DNA from: Ascidiella aspersa
Lineage: Eukaryota
Direction of reading: 5' to 3'
DNA length: 64,000 bases
Assembly: GCA_963924565.1 (NCBI GenBank)
Contig: OZ004610.1
Location: forward strand, 9,920,001-9,984,000
Part shown: one piece after another, positions 1 to 13,700 of the stretch
Layout of the letters: the number at the start of each line of letters is the position of its first letter
Numbering within the stretch: position 1 is the stretch's first letter
The notes under the pieces: model-generated
The model's input: only the letters and a program-made list of their open reading frames with translations
Databases searched by the model: none
Told to the model about the DNA's origin: nothing
Made by a program: the position numbers and the translations under genes

Positions 1-679
1 CCCTAAAGCTGCTTTCGGCGCACGCCTTTGTCAAGCACCAAGGTCAGTGGTGGTTGCTCACGAAATACCTGGTTTTGCGCTTACTTTAAACACTTTAGTT
101 AAGGCGTTTTTTCGGTTGTTCATAAATAGGGTGTATCTTTATGGTATTCGAAACCATTGACAGCAGTTTATGCTTGCTGATGAGTGATGACTGATGACCA
201 GAAAAGCTGTTTTGATTTTCATACTATGCCTGATAGCAACGGTATATAGGGCAATCTCAGATTCTCAAGTTTAAAAACCTGAGTAAAATACAGTATCATA
301 CGTTTTTACTTGACTATTAAGGGCGTTACGACCGTTCCGTGTTCAGATTCATTTCAGTATTTTTCGCTATAGCTAAACTGTAATTGAGACTTTTTGTGAT
401 GTTCGTATCGGATCTAATCCGATACCCGATGCTAAGTATTAGTATCGCAACTTGTCCAACATAACTATAAGGCTGTTACCTAACTAAACTTTTTAAAGCA
501 AATTCTGACCATATACCTTTTTTAAAAATACCTTTGAAGGATTTTCCTTGTTTGAGCATAGTAATGACGTAATTTGATATCGGCTCGGATCGTATTTTTT
601 GTCCAAATAAAATCAACTATCGGCCATCCCTAGTTGTGTTAAATGACACGCAAATCAGAACGTTAGCGTTTGTCGACAG

Positions 680-3556
680 ATATTTTCACGGAGAACCAGA
701 TGGACCTTTACGAGCAAAAGGAGCGGAACAAGGCTAACGTGCTGGCAAGCGTGGCCGGTAAGGACGTGACTGAAGGTGACGTGGCAGCCTTTGACGTCGA
801 CAAGTACCTCGAAGACGTCAGGTATAGAAAACTTAAAGTACATTTTTTGCGTGTGTTGTTCCCGTTTTAGAAACTGTAATCGAAATGTTTCTGTTAATGT
901 TATTGGAAGCACTGCAAGCAAATAGAAATTGTTGTTGTCAAATATTAACGAATGATTTTTAATATGCTTGTAATTGGCCGTCTTTGTCGCAATTTTGTAA
1001 GTAACCTTTGATGAGGCGTATGTTTTTGTTTACACTATACCGACCATGCTTTATTGTCCATCCCCCTACTCCCACAATAGTCGACATCAAGAAGTCTAAG
1101 GGTGACTGAGAAGTTTTTGCCTTATTGGCAGATTAAAGTATTGCCCTATCTGAGATTCCTAAACTTTACGTTTTTCGCTCCCATTTCATTTTAAAACCTG
1201 GCAAAAAATGGTGGCACAATTTTGGCAGTAACTAACATAATATTTTTCGTTTTTTGTTGCTTCGGTTACGGCAATGTGCAACTCATTTGTGAATATTGTG
1301 TGCATTAGTTTTACATTTGCATATCGAAATTTAGAATGCTTCAATTTCTATAGATGTAACGCTTTCTGTGAAATTGGTGCAGCCCTACTCGATACCCAGA
1401 TTGGCAAACTTTGGCCTATACAAATCGAACTTCCATGGAATGAGTTTCGGGAACACGAGACTTTAACGTCCCACGCATATATAAATTTTACAGATTAAAT
1501 TTAATTCACACCTAAGTCCCGTACTTAAATTGCCTCCAACCCGCATCAACAGGAACGGCATCTACCCCTTAACCGCGTTCGCCCTGCCCAAGCCGGCGCG
1601 TTCCCAGGCTCGACCCCAGTCCCCGTCGGAGGGTGAGAACCAGTCCAAGCAGCGACGGGGAAACTCCCCCCAGCACGACCCCGACCCACCTGAGACGCGC
1701 AAGATCACCCAGGCGCAGTGCTGCTATTTGCCGCACGACGACGACGCGGAAGGATATCACGTGAGTGCATCCGCCAATCACGCTTGTGAGATGGTTTGTG
1801 AGAGGCGCGTGATTTGTGAGATGATTCCAGTCTAATCTGAAGAATATCTCTCTTAACCAGTCTGTTAAACATTACCCTTGTTTCCAGGAAATATATTGTA
1901 ACCCGACACTTACTCTAACGGTCTAACCCAGGGGTCACAACCCACGGCCGCCAGTGTAATTCATCTAGCCCACAGCCTCTTTGACAGACCAGACACAAGT
2001 ATATTTTTGCCTACGCAAAACTTTCCGTCGCATTGATGTTGTCAGTTTTTGTAAAAACATAAAAATCGGTTTTATTTATTTTTGCTTTGTATTGCGGTCC
2101 GCGAAAAAACAGATTCACAAATAGTGGTCCGTGGCCCAAAAAAGTTTGGGAAACCCTGCCATATAGTATGCGTTTCTGTCGACCACAGGTGATCATCCAC
2201 GTTCGCTTCGAGGACTCGTCGGACTCGAAGGCCAACCGCCAGTTGCGCTGCGACACCACAGAGGAAGACACACCGCTCGTGCTCGCCACCGAACTCGCAA
2301 ACCTCTACTTTATCAGAAAGGTATTGTGGGGGCCGGCGTAGTTTAAGGCTTGTCTCGACTTGTCTGTTGGTTGGTTGGTATCGAGAAAAGCCACGGCACT
2401 TAATGTGCGATCGTTTTGACTTCATCACGTAGAACAAAATTCCTAGGGTCGGGCTAAAATATTCGTTTCTTTGTAATTTATTCCGATACCGATAACCGAT
2501 ATTTTTAGAAAACATTACGACCGTCTTCTACTGAATTGCGTTTCTGTATGCGAACTCAAAAATAGACCCGATAACAATTTAATAAGACATGCCCTATCTC
2601 CACTGATTTATTTAAAACAACCCATTTCATGGGCCAACTTTAGCTCTCTATAACAGATTGCCTAAATTTCGCAGGATGACATCGAACTGGTGGCGAACCT
2701 TCTCGAAGACCAGAGCCAGTTTTTGCGGCGCGGCTCCGAGACAAAAAGCGCCGATGTCGCCGAGCTGGAGAGCATCGCCGAAATGGACGGCGTCGACCGA
2801 CCTGATCCACAGCTAAAACAACAGCAGCAGCAACAGCAACAACAGTTGCAGCAGCAGCAACAACAGCAGCCACAACAACTGCTGCAACAACAGCAGCAAC
2901 AGTTGCAGCAGCAACAACAACAGCCACAGCAGCAACAGCAACAAATGCTGCAACAACAGCAGCAACAGTTGCAACAGCCACAACAACAACAACAACAACA
3001 GCCACAACAGCCACAACAGCAACAACTGCTGCAACAACAGCAGCAACAGTTGAAGCAGCAACAACAACAGCCACAACAGCAACAGCCACAACAGCAACAG
3101 CAACAACTGCTGCAACAACAGCAGCAACAGTTGCAGCAGCAACAGCAACAACTGCTGCAACAACAGCAACAACTGCTGCAACAACAACAACAACAGTTGC
3201 AGCAGCAGCAACAACAACAGCCACAACAACAGCCACAACAGCAACAGCAACAGCAACAACTGCTGCAACAACAGCAGCAGCAACAGTTGCAGCAGCAACA
3301 GCAACAACAACAACCACAACAGCAACAACTGCTGCAACAACAGCAGCAACAACAACAACAGCAGCAGCAAAGGCAGGTGAACAACAACAACAGCAATTTC
3401 GCGCCAGAGAGCGTCACCAGCCCGTCTTACGTCGTTCCTGGCGAATTGCTGAGTCCAACCGGCCAGTTCGAGCCCGCCAGCCGATTTCCATTGACCCACC
3501 AGGGCTCGGATGCTTCCGAACCACAGCTGTACAATCACGTGGAACAGACCGCGTGA
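680..3556 (+). CDS. NRBP1: Nuclear receptor-binding protein (NRBP/MADM pseudokinase adaptor), 3' part with polyQ extension; 5' exons lie outside the window
   Basis: Phase-consistent GT-AG exons 680-821, 1553-1760, 2189-2320 and 2675-3556 (TGA). The spliced product ...DVDKYLEDVRNGIYPLTAFALPKP...PETRKITQAQC...NRQLRCD...LATELANLYFIRKDDIELVANLLED matches the NRBP1/2 C-terminus as I recall it (LDKFLEDVRNGIYPLTAFGLPRP...VETRKV...LNRHLSCD...LAAELVQLGFISE). The NRBP1 versus NRBP2 assignment cannot be resolved. Confidence 0.9.
1929..2158. mobile_element. Degenerate or composite hAT-type MITE in an NRBP intron
   Basis: CAGGGGTCACAACC left end and GTTTGGGAAACCCTG right end, but no matching TSD. Confidence 0.5.
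2819..3370 (+). repeat. Coding CAA/CAG trinucleotide repeat (~185-codon interrupted polyglutamine)
   Basis: Continuous CAA/CAG codons interrupted by recurring CTGCTG, TTG and CCA codons, in frame in the last NRBP exon. Confidence 0.97.
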
Positions 3557-5228
3557 AAATTGTTTAAGGGCGATCGTACAAGTCGCTGTTCGCTGTGGTG
3601 TTGCGTGGTGGTGAAACGATTGTCGTGTGGTGCTACATCGTTGTACAAATGGCGTGAAGTCGCGTTTACATGACCAAAAACCGTTTTGTCGCAGCAGTGT
3701 ATTTCTGGCTGAAAGTGCGGTCTAATCAAGTCACTAACGCTAATTTGATATTGCATTTTAGATGTACAAACGCCGTGAAGCTTTATCTAAATCTAGTACT
3801 TAAAAAGTTTAGCCAGGCCCCCCTAGGTCGGACTCACGCCCTATTTTAAAAACCACTGCGCTAGACGACAGTCAGATTTCATGTTTTCTTGTTTCTTACG
3901 ACGAAAGAGAAGAACAAATTATTTTACGCTGCTTTCGCTATAGTACTTGTAGCATTCGACATGAGATAGCATACATGGGATTTCGGATTCTTTTTCACAT
4001 ACATTATGTATACTAAAAGGTGGACGCACTGTTGCAAATCAAATGAATTATACGATGCTATTTAATGACCTTTTGTTCACTTCTTACCGTTGTAGCACAA
4101 TTATGTGTTTCGTTGATATATTTTCTTTGTTATTACTTCCGATTGTACGTTGTTATTCTTAGTAGCAATATGTTAATGCTATCTAAAAATATATATATCT
4201 TATTGTTAGTTGATTTACATCCTCACTCTGTCCGGTTGCAAGCCAATAAATCCGAAATGCTAATTTGTTGGTGCCTAGACTTCCAAAAGTGTTACCTGTT
4301 CGTAATTTCATCGAAAGATATGGACTGTATTTCTCTCAGCATGGTATTATCGAAAGGCCGGACAAATTCATTAGGACATGCCGTCGGGAGCTTTGAAACT
4401 TGATCTACTTACGGGCAAAGCTCACAGACCTAGTGGTGGCGGTATCACTTACCGGTGGCGTGATTTGGCGAACCCCAAGAATACGTTGAGTGGTCGACGC
4501 TGTCTCTTTGCGACGAATCCACCATATTCACTGAAAATATTTATTTACAAAATGCTTTCGACGGTAACTTATTTTAAAGGTATGTAAAATCGGTAGGTAA
4601 AATTCTATTTTAGAGCGAGGTAGCATACCCCATTGGTTAAACTATTTAATGTTATAATAATACTGTGTTACACGCAGCTAAGATTCGTACACACCAAGAT
4701 GAAACAATTGTAAAGAATGTTGGAAACAAAATTAAACTATTTATGCATAATTAGCTTGGTATAAATCAGATTTATACCAAAACAGTCCTTGCTTTCCATT
4801 TATTTTTTATTTATAGACATGTAAAGTAAAAGTAGAGATCCCCTGAAAATCTGGTCCGTTTCATAGAAAACCGCGAGAGCGTATCTTGGTAAGCAATCTG
4901 ACACGCTGTGTATTGAATAACAAGGCACGCAGCGTCTTCACCCGTGTTTAAATGCCCAGACGCATCATTGTTTTGATTTGGACAGTCAGTTTGCTTTTGG
5001 ATCACAGCGACATATCAATCTTATTGTTTTTCGACGTGGTCAGTTACTTGAAAGAGGTGCACCTTTGCTTGATTCGAGTTACTTTTTGTGTCATTTATTA
5101 AAGGAGGTGGTGAATTAGTACCAGCTATGTTGTGTAGCAATTGTAAGTTCCTCTGTCATGAAATGTGAAAAGACGATGAGATTCCCGTGATACTATTTGA
5201 CTTATCGCCGACGACTGTAACTTAACAG

Positions 5229-5857
5229 GAATGGTAAGCGACCACAGATTGTGTGGATATAATATAAGCTTCCCGCTAAAAAATATTAAACTTGCTTTGT
5301 TATAAGTTACCAATAACGTTTAAGACATGGTAGGACATAGGCCTACATTGGCATTACTTTTTTTATTGAGAACAACCGCAACCTACTTTCTTTAACTTGC
5401 GTCAAGAAACACTTCTGTTTGCGTGTGACACATTGAAAGTACACTGTAAACACTAGTACACTGTAAACACTAATGCTTTGAATTTGTGAAATTTCAACAA
5501 GAATATTATGTCGTTGAAAATTGTAGTGTGCCGATTCCTTTTTTGAAGCTTGCTTTAAAACCTCGATGCTGTTTTAATGTAACGATTTGGCTTAGGGAAT
5601 TTTTTGAGGGCTTGTATATTAGTAAACATACATCCATTTTTATTTTTATTTATTAATTACAAAACTGTGAAAATCAATATTTTTTTTGGGTTAGTTGCTA
5701 AAATGTTTCGAATTGTTGTTAGGATGAAACATCAACCCAGTCTGTGCCAGAAGAGGGCGTCCAGGAGTTTGTCTGGGACGAGCTAGCCGCGAGATTTGGG
5801 GACGAATACGAGAGAAAAACCTGGACGCAGTTCTACAACGAATACAAGAATGAAATC
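5229..5857 (+). CDS. Putative orphan coding exons: 5-nt micro-exon GAATG (5229-5233) plus a 135-nt exon (5723-5857); 3' continuation uncertain
   Basis: ttaacag|GAATG|gtaagc and ttgttgttag|GATGAAACA...AATGAAATC|gtaaga join in phase 0 to give MDETSTQSVPEEGVQEFVWDELAARFGDEYERKTWTQFYNEYKNEI. The exon is GC-richer than its flanks. I recognise no homolog. Confidence 0.45.
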
Positions 5858-5979
5858 GTAAGAGCGCCTATATATATTTCACAGTATATCAGCGGGTCAC
5901 CTTACCTTATTACCTTAGCAATGTACAGGTTACAATTATACTTTTTTTGAAGTTTGTACAATCCATGCATAAGTGGGTA

Positions 5980-6037
5980 TGTATGGGCTTTGATATTCTT
6001 ATTACGTCTTACTATAACCTCCAACCATTATGCTCCA
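5980..6037. repeat. Dispersed ~58-bp repeat, second copy at 27759-27816
   Basis: TGTATGGGCTTTGATATTCTTATTACG...ACCTCCAACCATTATGCTCCA is near-identical at both sites. Confidence 0.8.
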
Positions 6038-9000
6038 AAGTTGTACAGCCCCTTTTCGATTTAAACTTACAACCTGCGATCTAGACATTATCTAACAACC
6101 GTGTCCTATACCGTTTCGGTATAGCCTTTACGACCAACCGTAAAACTCCGAATCACGCCATTTTCAGCAGCAGAACAGTCGAATGTGGTGTCTGTCTAGA
6201 CCCCCGCCAAGGTTGATTTATGTTTCCCGGGTTTATTGCCAGTGATAGCCGCATTAATAATAATTACCCGCCTAGTCGTAGACTTTCTGCGAACTTGGTT
6301 ATTGCCCTTGCTTAAATGGAACGAGTGAGCAAATATTGCCCAAGCAATTTAGCTGTGCCGTGTCTTGTGTGTCGAACATCATCTTTACAGTTTACGGCAA
6401 GAAAGCGTTGCGTGAAAAGGGGGTCAAAAGCAAGCAGAGAAAAGCCTGACCTTTTGGTTCTTTAAACGAAACCTCTTGTGCTCTAAATAAGTGAAAACTA
6501 AGTAACGCTAATTTTAGATTATGATGACATGTATAGAGTTAAAATCGACACTCGTTTGCAGGCAATTCAGCATAAACTTGGTGACGCTTTCAGAACATTG
6601 CGCAATTTATAGGGTTCATCCTTATGGTGTAATGTAAAGGTTAAGGTATGCAGTAATCCAACAAAGAATCCAAATAGATATGGAAACGACATGCGTAAAA
6701 CTGGTATTCCTTGACGGAATCCTAAATTGTCCAACCTATTTGAATATTCCAAACACCTTTGTCTAGCAAAGGTTTTAAAGCGTTCGATCAGGATTGCTAA
6801 CATAAAACGGAAAAGCGAATTCCAATTTCTGCGCGAAAGCCTGAAGAATAGCTGCTGCTCTAACAAATCCACGGATTGACTCGAGTGTCCTTTCGCCTGT
6901 TTCTTGCAGCGTCGATACCATTATGCTCGCTTAGGGGCGGATAGCCACAGAGATTAGTGTTTAATAGTCGGTAGATCCTTGACTGGGACGAGCGTGTGCC
7001 CGCATGTCGGGGCAATGGCTCCCCCGCAAAGCAGAAAAAAGGTCGACCAGCCGTCAATCGTTGGCATAGATGTTGGCGAGTTGGCGAAAGTTGAGGCACG
7101 ACCTAGGTTCGCTGTCATGGAATCCGAGTGTTAGGTATAAAGGGTACAACTGTTGTTGGATGATGTATTAGTGCGGTAAATTACGAAAACGCCACAGAAA
7201 AATGTGTATTTTATATGATTAATTTGCGTATTTCGCGATAGCATGTTTAGCCCGGAAGTTCCAACGCAAGTAAATTATAGCAGTCAATTAAAAACATATT
7301 CGTGCTTTGCTATAGCAAACGATTTTCTTACCTTTCATTATTTCTTGCCTCGAGTAAACCCCAATATATAATATTGTGAAGTGAAAAGCAAATACAACGT
7401 TGTCAACGTGCTTTAAGTTTTATCGTGACTTTACTTGGATCAACTAAGTCGAGATGGCAAGTGACTATAAGCAGCAGCCCTGAGCAGCCGGTAGCAATGT
7501 GACAGCAGCACAGTTTACGATACTCGAGTCTTGTTTTATCAGTGCGTAAACAAGCTAGACATCCGACGGGCGTTTATCGCACGCGTTGATATTGGGTTGT
7601 ACTATTGATCCTTAAATCGCTTTCACCTTAGAGACACTCGAGGTCGATAGTTTAATTTAACTGGGTTCATAAATGCAGTTAGATGTTAAAGGTGAGCAGA
7701 ATAATTTTGAAAGAAATAGTGAAAACTTTAATTTGACGAGGGGTTTACGACAGGTGATGTTTATGATTGACTTGTAGTTAAGCAGAATCACTTTTTCTCA
7801 AACCTGTTCGCGGCCGGTTCTAATATGTTTGTGGTTAAAGGCGAAGACGTCAGAAACTTTTATTGTTGTCGAGTAAAAATATTTAGCCTTTAAATTGACG
7901 CAAAAATTAGGTTGGTAGGTCCAAATTTTAAACTGAAACCATAAAATGGTTTACATATATGGTTTAACATCTCTTTATATTGCACACCAGCACATGATGT
8001 AAATATTTTAATTGTGTTCACGACGAAAACCATCGGCAAACGCGATGGATTCGACAGGCTTCAAATGACTTGCGTATTTGCATTCGCTGTTTTTTCGCAA
8101 TCTTTGATATCGATTCTTGGCCGCTAAAAAAACGCTCTCGTGCTTTCGTCCGCACCGTTTTGTTCCGGTGGTAAAAAGGTTACATTGGCTTGCTCTTCTT
8201 CGGGCGAGCCGAGGAGTACGTTACAGTCGACGGCCAACGCGAAGCCGGCGCTTTCCAAAACTGGCGCGGGAGTGCATTATGTCACCTCCCTGTGTACAGA
8301 ATGTGCGGCTCAATGGTCGAAGGCAAATAGACCGACCGGGCAATATTGACTGGCAAACATGGCCGCCAGCTTGGAAAAGCCTCTCGCGTGTTGTTCGCTG
8401 TTTGCCGAAAGAGGCTTGAATTGTTTTTGTTTCAAAAAATGGCAACGGAACCGATGGCGATTTCGCGTAGAAAAATTCGCCCCAGTTTCATATCAGGAGT
8501 GTCTCATGTGAACATCTGTTTACCTGTCATCTCAAAATACAGCTCATGGGGTTAAACGCCAAATTGTCGCAGATGACCAAGTCGATAGAGTTGTGCCTAG
8601 TTGGCGTTCGAGTGAAATCGAGATAAGGTCAGATAATAGTGAAGTTACCTCTCTTGATAGTTTCTAATAATCGCTAGCAAACACCTGTCTTCTTCATCGC
8701 TCTATGCTGAAGGAAGAGGGCATAAACAGGACCCCCTTCATATTATATAAAAATAAACCCATAAATAATGGGGCGTCAAGAGCATCGAAATGGATTATAT
8801 CGACAACAAATGCTTCGCAAATCGCAGAACTTAGAAACGATTTTATACGGCAGGCAAGAGAGACAGATACACCAAGTCATTCAATTTCTATTTGCACTGA
8901 AGACAATTCCCGGTTACAGCATATGGCAACACAAATGCGCGATGTTTGTAGACCTTGATTTCAGTTGTCCACCACGCACGTAGCACGCGATTGAGCCACT

Positions 9001-10737
9001 TGTTAAGGTAGCACATCAATCGCTCAGCTCGGGACACGTTTTCGCGTTTGCTCTTTTCCATTTTGCTCCGCCATTGACGAAAGGAAAGTGGTGAGTTTGC
9101 GTGCTGTTCGACCCTGGCCTTACCGTGACTGATGATTTCGCCGCGTGATCACGCTACAATAGAATATACGGTGGCGTATGGATGGATGTTGTATGGCGCC
9201 AAGGTGTGCCTTTGAAATCGCGGAATCGCTTTTAAGTGCGCACGCATTATCAAATTGGCAGCCGTTGCGGTCAAGTTTTTTAGGAAAGAGGAAAATGCGA
9301 CATGGGGTCAGACGTGCAGTATTCGGTATTTAGCATTCGCCGTTAAAGAAAACATTAGCCATAAATGTTAAATACTAGAAGGTTTAGGCGAGAAAATAAA
9401 GATCTGTGCGTTTTTTCATTCGTTTTTGAAACGATTGTAAGTTTAGCGACCACAAAAGCATTCCGCAAATAACATCGCCTCTTTGTGCCGTCGGGTTTCA
9501 AGGTTGATACCAGCTACCCGAAAAAACGCGACTTCTATGTACTTAAGCAGGCGGTTCTGAATTCACCTCAGGGTTCGGGTCTCCGTCAAAAGTGCCGAGA
9601 AAGTCAAATAGAATCCGTCCGGTTCGCTTACCGACTGTGCTGCTGGGCTGATCGGATTAATGTGCCTTTGAATGTGATGACGGAATAGTTCGACACGCGA
9701 TTTGGAATGATGCTGAGCGTTTTGACAAATATCGTCTCGTGGCCCTGATTAATGCGCTTTGCTAAGTTTGTCAAGCTCTGTGGCCTGTCAATGCAAAGAC
9801 GGAGAAACTGTTTGTGGCCGGTAACGGTCCAATCTCCAAGTTAGTTCGGGCTAACCGCTTCTTCAATGCTGACGTATAAAGCTGTTTGTCGCTAAGCTGC
9901 GCAAATATCGGGAAAAAAGGTACAGGCGCAATGAGTGATTGCAGTGGTCATCACATAATCTACTAATGTATGGAAACGTTCAGCGCATTTTAGTTCATTT
10001 AGTAGTGTAGCTATGGTGCAATCAAATAACCTTAGTTTAGAAAAAAAATGCTTAGTTGACTGTGACGGAGCATTGTGAGAGACAACTCTCGGAATTCGAA
10101 ACGCGTTTCGTCCGTCTATTACAAGTGTCCTACTGTCGGCAAGTACTCGCGAACGCCCGATAAAAGTAGCATTTCTAAGTTATCGTAAGTTCGGACGCGT
10201 TTGGCCTCCGTAGCGACAAAAGCAACTCGCCCAACCAGCAGCCTCGTCTCGTATCCGGCCAATCAAAGCCGAATCGCCGCAACATCAAGTTTGCGTGTCG
10301 TTTCAAGCGATCGGGAGATGCTTTCAAACAGGATCGGGCGCGACTGTTTGTTGGTACAGTCGCGATTGTGCTGGAAGTGGGACCACGGGTTGCGACTCAC
10401 GATCGCTTTCGCGTCGCGATGCCACCGGCCGATTGTGACGTATCGCCGCCGCGATTGAGTGACATACGGGCAACGAACTGTATACTAGACCCCCCGTGAT
10501 CCCGTCGTAAAGCGAGTTTTGTACACCCCACAAGTCTACACGTCAGATATGTTGGGGTTAATTAGAAAGTGTTTTCCCTTTTTCGCAAAATGTTTGTGAA
10601 GTTTACTTTAACCAACAGGACGAATAGAGGTGTAGTAATACGGTATATTTATGTTATTCACCAAATTCGAACGAGCTTTGCGTGCTGCGCAATTGGAAGT
10701 GAACCGAAACATGTGAGTTTATGAAGTTTTGAAGACA

Positions 10738-13700
10738 ATGGATAGCAAGGGAGTGGGCAACCCGACAAAAGAGGAAAATGCCACCACAAGTTCGCAAACA
10801 AAACGGCAGAGTACGTCCGCGTCAAGCGCAGAACAGAATGCTGCAAACACAGCTGGGAAACCGCCAACGGCAAAAAGCGCCAAGCCGAAGATCGCTGATA
10901 GACGTGGGACTCGAGAACGGCTTTCCAGCACCGACTCTTCCTCCTCAGGAGGAAAGAAGAGGAAGGATTCAGTGGGAGTTCAGAATCGGCGCGACGTCAA
11001 ATCCGAGCTATCTTCCATTTCGGAGAAGGCGGAGTCACAAACAGGGACTCCGAGCCCGGAATTGCAAAAAGACGTGGCTCGATCGTCCGTCAAGTCATCC
11101 GACAACCATGAAGACGTGCCGGCGTCCACTTCACGTGACAGCGACGTGACGACTACGCAAACTTCGCAAGGCAAACCTGCCGCCGCCAAGCTCTCCAGAC
11201 GCAGCTCTTCGGTGTCCGTCTTCACGACGTCCGAAAGCGAGTCGGGAAGGACCGGCTCTTCCAGCGGGAGCACGACGTCCTACTACACGTCGGGGTCCTC
11301 TTATTCCACCGTGTCCGGGCCCACTAAGAGCACGCGCACGGAAGGCAGCACGGTTACTTCCAGCCAGCAGCATCCACCCAACCTGTCTAGGTCGAGCACG
11401 GCTGGTAATGTTGTGGTGGGCGACGCCAACAGTCGCTTGCTTCGCATGTCGCTCATGCGCGAATGGACGCAAGTCGAGATAACACTGCGTTACATGGCAA
11501 GGGCTGACCCGGGCCTGTTTGTTGTTGATGATGTAAGTATGACCTACACATGGCTATAGGAAGTCAATACGTGTTGTCCGGAGTCATGACTTACGTGAAA
11601 TTTACGGAGTTACGTCACAGAAAATTTAGTCAACTCCGAATGTTTACCTATTATTTTGAGAAAAATATATTTTTCCGAGTGGAACAAGTTGTGTTGCTGT
11701 TAATAGTACAACATAGATAAATGTGTAAAAAATGTAAAAAACAAAATAGTTTAAACAGAGTTTTTGCTAATTTTTTCTTGACTATGGTACGCAGTAACAC
11801 GCATTATAATACAGCTTCAAACTATATGTGATTTTTATCGTTACTTTAGAAAACCGGAATGAATCCTCTCATGCTTGCATCACGTGACAATCGCATCGTG
11901 GTGGCCGAACGTTTGCTTGATATGGGAGTCAACGTTAACGACAGGGCCAGGGTAAGTTTTACATTTGTTTTGTTTGTGTTGTATAAATTGTTGTTTCTTT
12001 CCTAATGCAGCATGAGGTTAAAAACCGTCGATTTAGAGAATTATACAAATTTAATTATTATGAGAATTATATCTTGTAAATGTAGGTGACCGGAAAAAGC
12101 TATAAAGTGATGAACTAACTTTATCAACACGTATATAAATAGGCAACGAAAGCCAATTTATAAATACTAGCCTACCTTCGACAAGAATACTCAATTCACA
12201 TTTATTTTTTATTATCCGTTATACCTTCATGCTCATATTAAAGAGAACGGCATTTTAACAGTAATGTTTGTTTTACATAAAAATGTTGGCATACAATAAC
12301 GCAGTAAATCAGGTGGTAATACTGAATAGTGAGCAGGATACACCCTGCCTTCGGAAATGCTTATTGATAACATTATATGCGCACATGCGTATATATTTTT
12401 ATTTGAAACGTGTAATTTGGGTTTATCCATTTCTTTAACTTGCATAAATTCTCACAGGAACTGTAAGACCTAAACATGTCAAACGTTTTCTGGTATGTCT
12501 TATTATTTTGTATACGGGTTTCTATATAGCACACGCTTTCTGGTAGCGTTTTACTTAGTCACGCATATCGTGGTATAGAATGCACAATTTACCTGTCAAA
12601 TTGTAATGGACGTTCAAATATTGGCTTTGTAAAAAACAGGGGCATTTCAAAGATTAAGCAAATATTTTCTTTCTACTTAATCATTCGTTCCAGAATTTCC
12701 GGGTGATGGTGCAATTTCGCAATGACCCAAATACATAAAAAATGTCTGTTTGGTATCACTAATGAAACGTCAATATTTTTGACTTCTCATTATGTTCCTT
12801 ATCGTTAACAAATGTACTCTACATTGCTTAAAATACGTTATATGCCTTGAAATAACCCCCTTAACTTTATGTTTTATTGTCTCTTAACCGATATTTAGTC
12901 CGAGTACTGTGCGACTATTTTTCTTACCAAAATGCTAGCGCTTCCCAATGACAACACAAATTATTATTGGACCGAATGTGAGTATAGAGTGGCAATTGTA
13001 TCACAAACCCGTTTAAAATGCTCCGCACAAAATTATAAAACAAACTTTTATTTTGATGTATTTATCCAGGACGGCCAAGCCGCCATTCACTTTGCCGTCG
13101 CATCTGGAAGAGAGGACATCGTCAATCTCCTTATTAAGAAAAAGGCTGACCTAACCCTTAAGGGCGGGGTGAGAACACTGTGCAATGTACATGTTTATTT
13201 TCCGATTTAAAATACTCTCGTTAAACTGTTTTTGCTAATAAAGGAGAAGCAACAGTTGCCACTGCACATTGCTTGCGCTCGGACCGGCAACAATTCGGCC
13301 GCCATTACCCAAACACTTTTACGAAGTACGCCAAAAGTGAAAAGGCTCGAGCCAGATGAGGTAAGGAGTGTATATATTTAGTTTTAAATCTATATTATGT
13401 TTATATTTGGACCTGATCAAAAAAGGCCAAAGTCACAATATTCGACTAAATTGACATATTTCGCTGTTTAAAAACATTTCTGGAATAGCTCACACCATCG
13501 ACAGCGAATAAGTCAACCGATGGTGGCGTAAACTATTGCTTGGACGTTTGTAACAGAGATTGATGTCGATTTAATCAAATAAATGGATTTAGTATTGTAG
13601 TTTCTAAAAACTAGTATTGTTTTCCATTTTTTATACCTGTCTTAATGATCTTATCGAATAACTTTTATCGAAAAATAAATGCAATTTGATAAGCTCCCTT

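Noticed and set aside
400-631. CCGATAC-rich tract ending CATCCCTA (similar tracts at 2444-2596 and ~44734-45030)
   Set aside because: Likely TAGGG-type hAT remnants, but the boundaries cannot be supported.
2640-3538. Minus-strand poly-Cys, poly-Leu and poly-Val/Ala ORFs (225-251 aa)
   Set aside because: Antisense shadows of the CAA/CAG polyQ tract; they are not metallothionein- or keratin-associated-like genes.
7000-10700. Numerous 60-100 aa ORFs upstream of TRPN1
   Set aside because: No consistent splice or phase chain and no recognisable domain; probably CpG-rich regulatory or intronic DNA.
10658-11472. Overlapping alternative-frame and antisense ORFs over TRPN1 exon 1
   Set aside because: By-products of a GC-rich low-complexity exon; no recognisable motifs.
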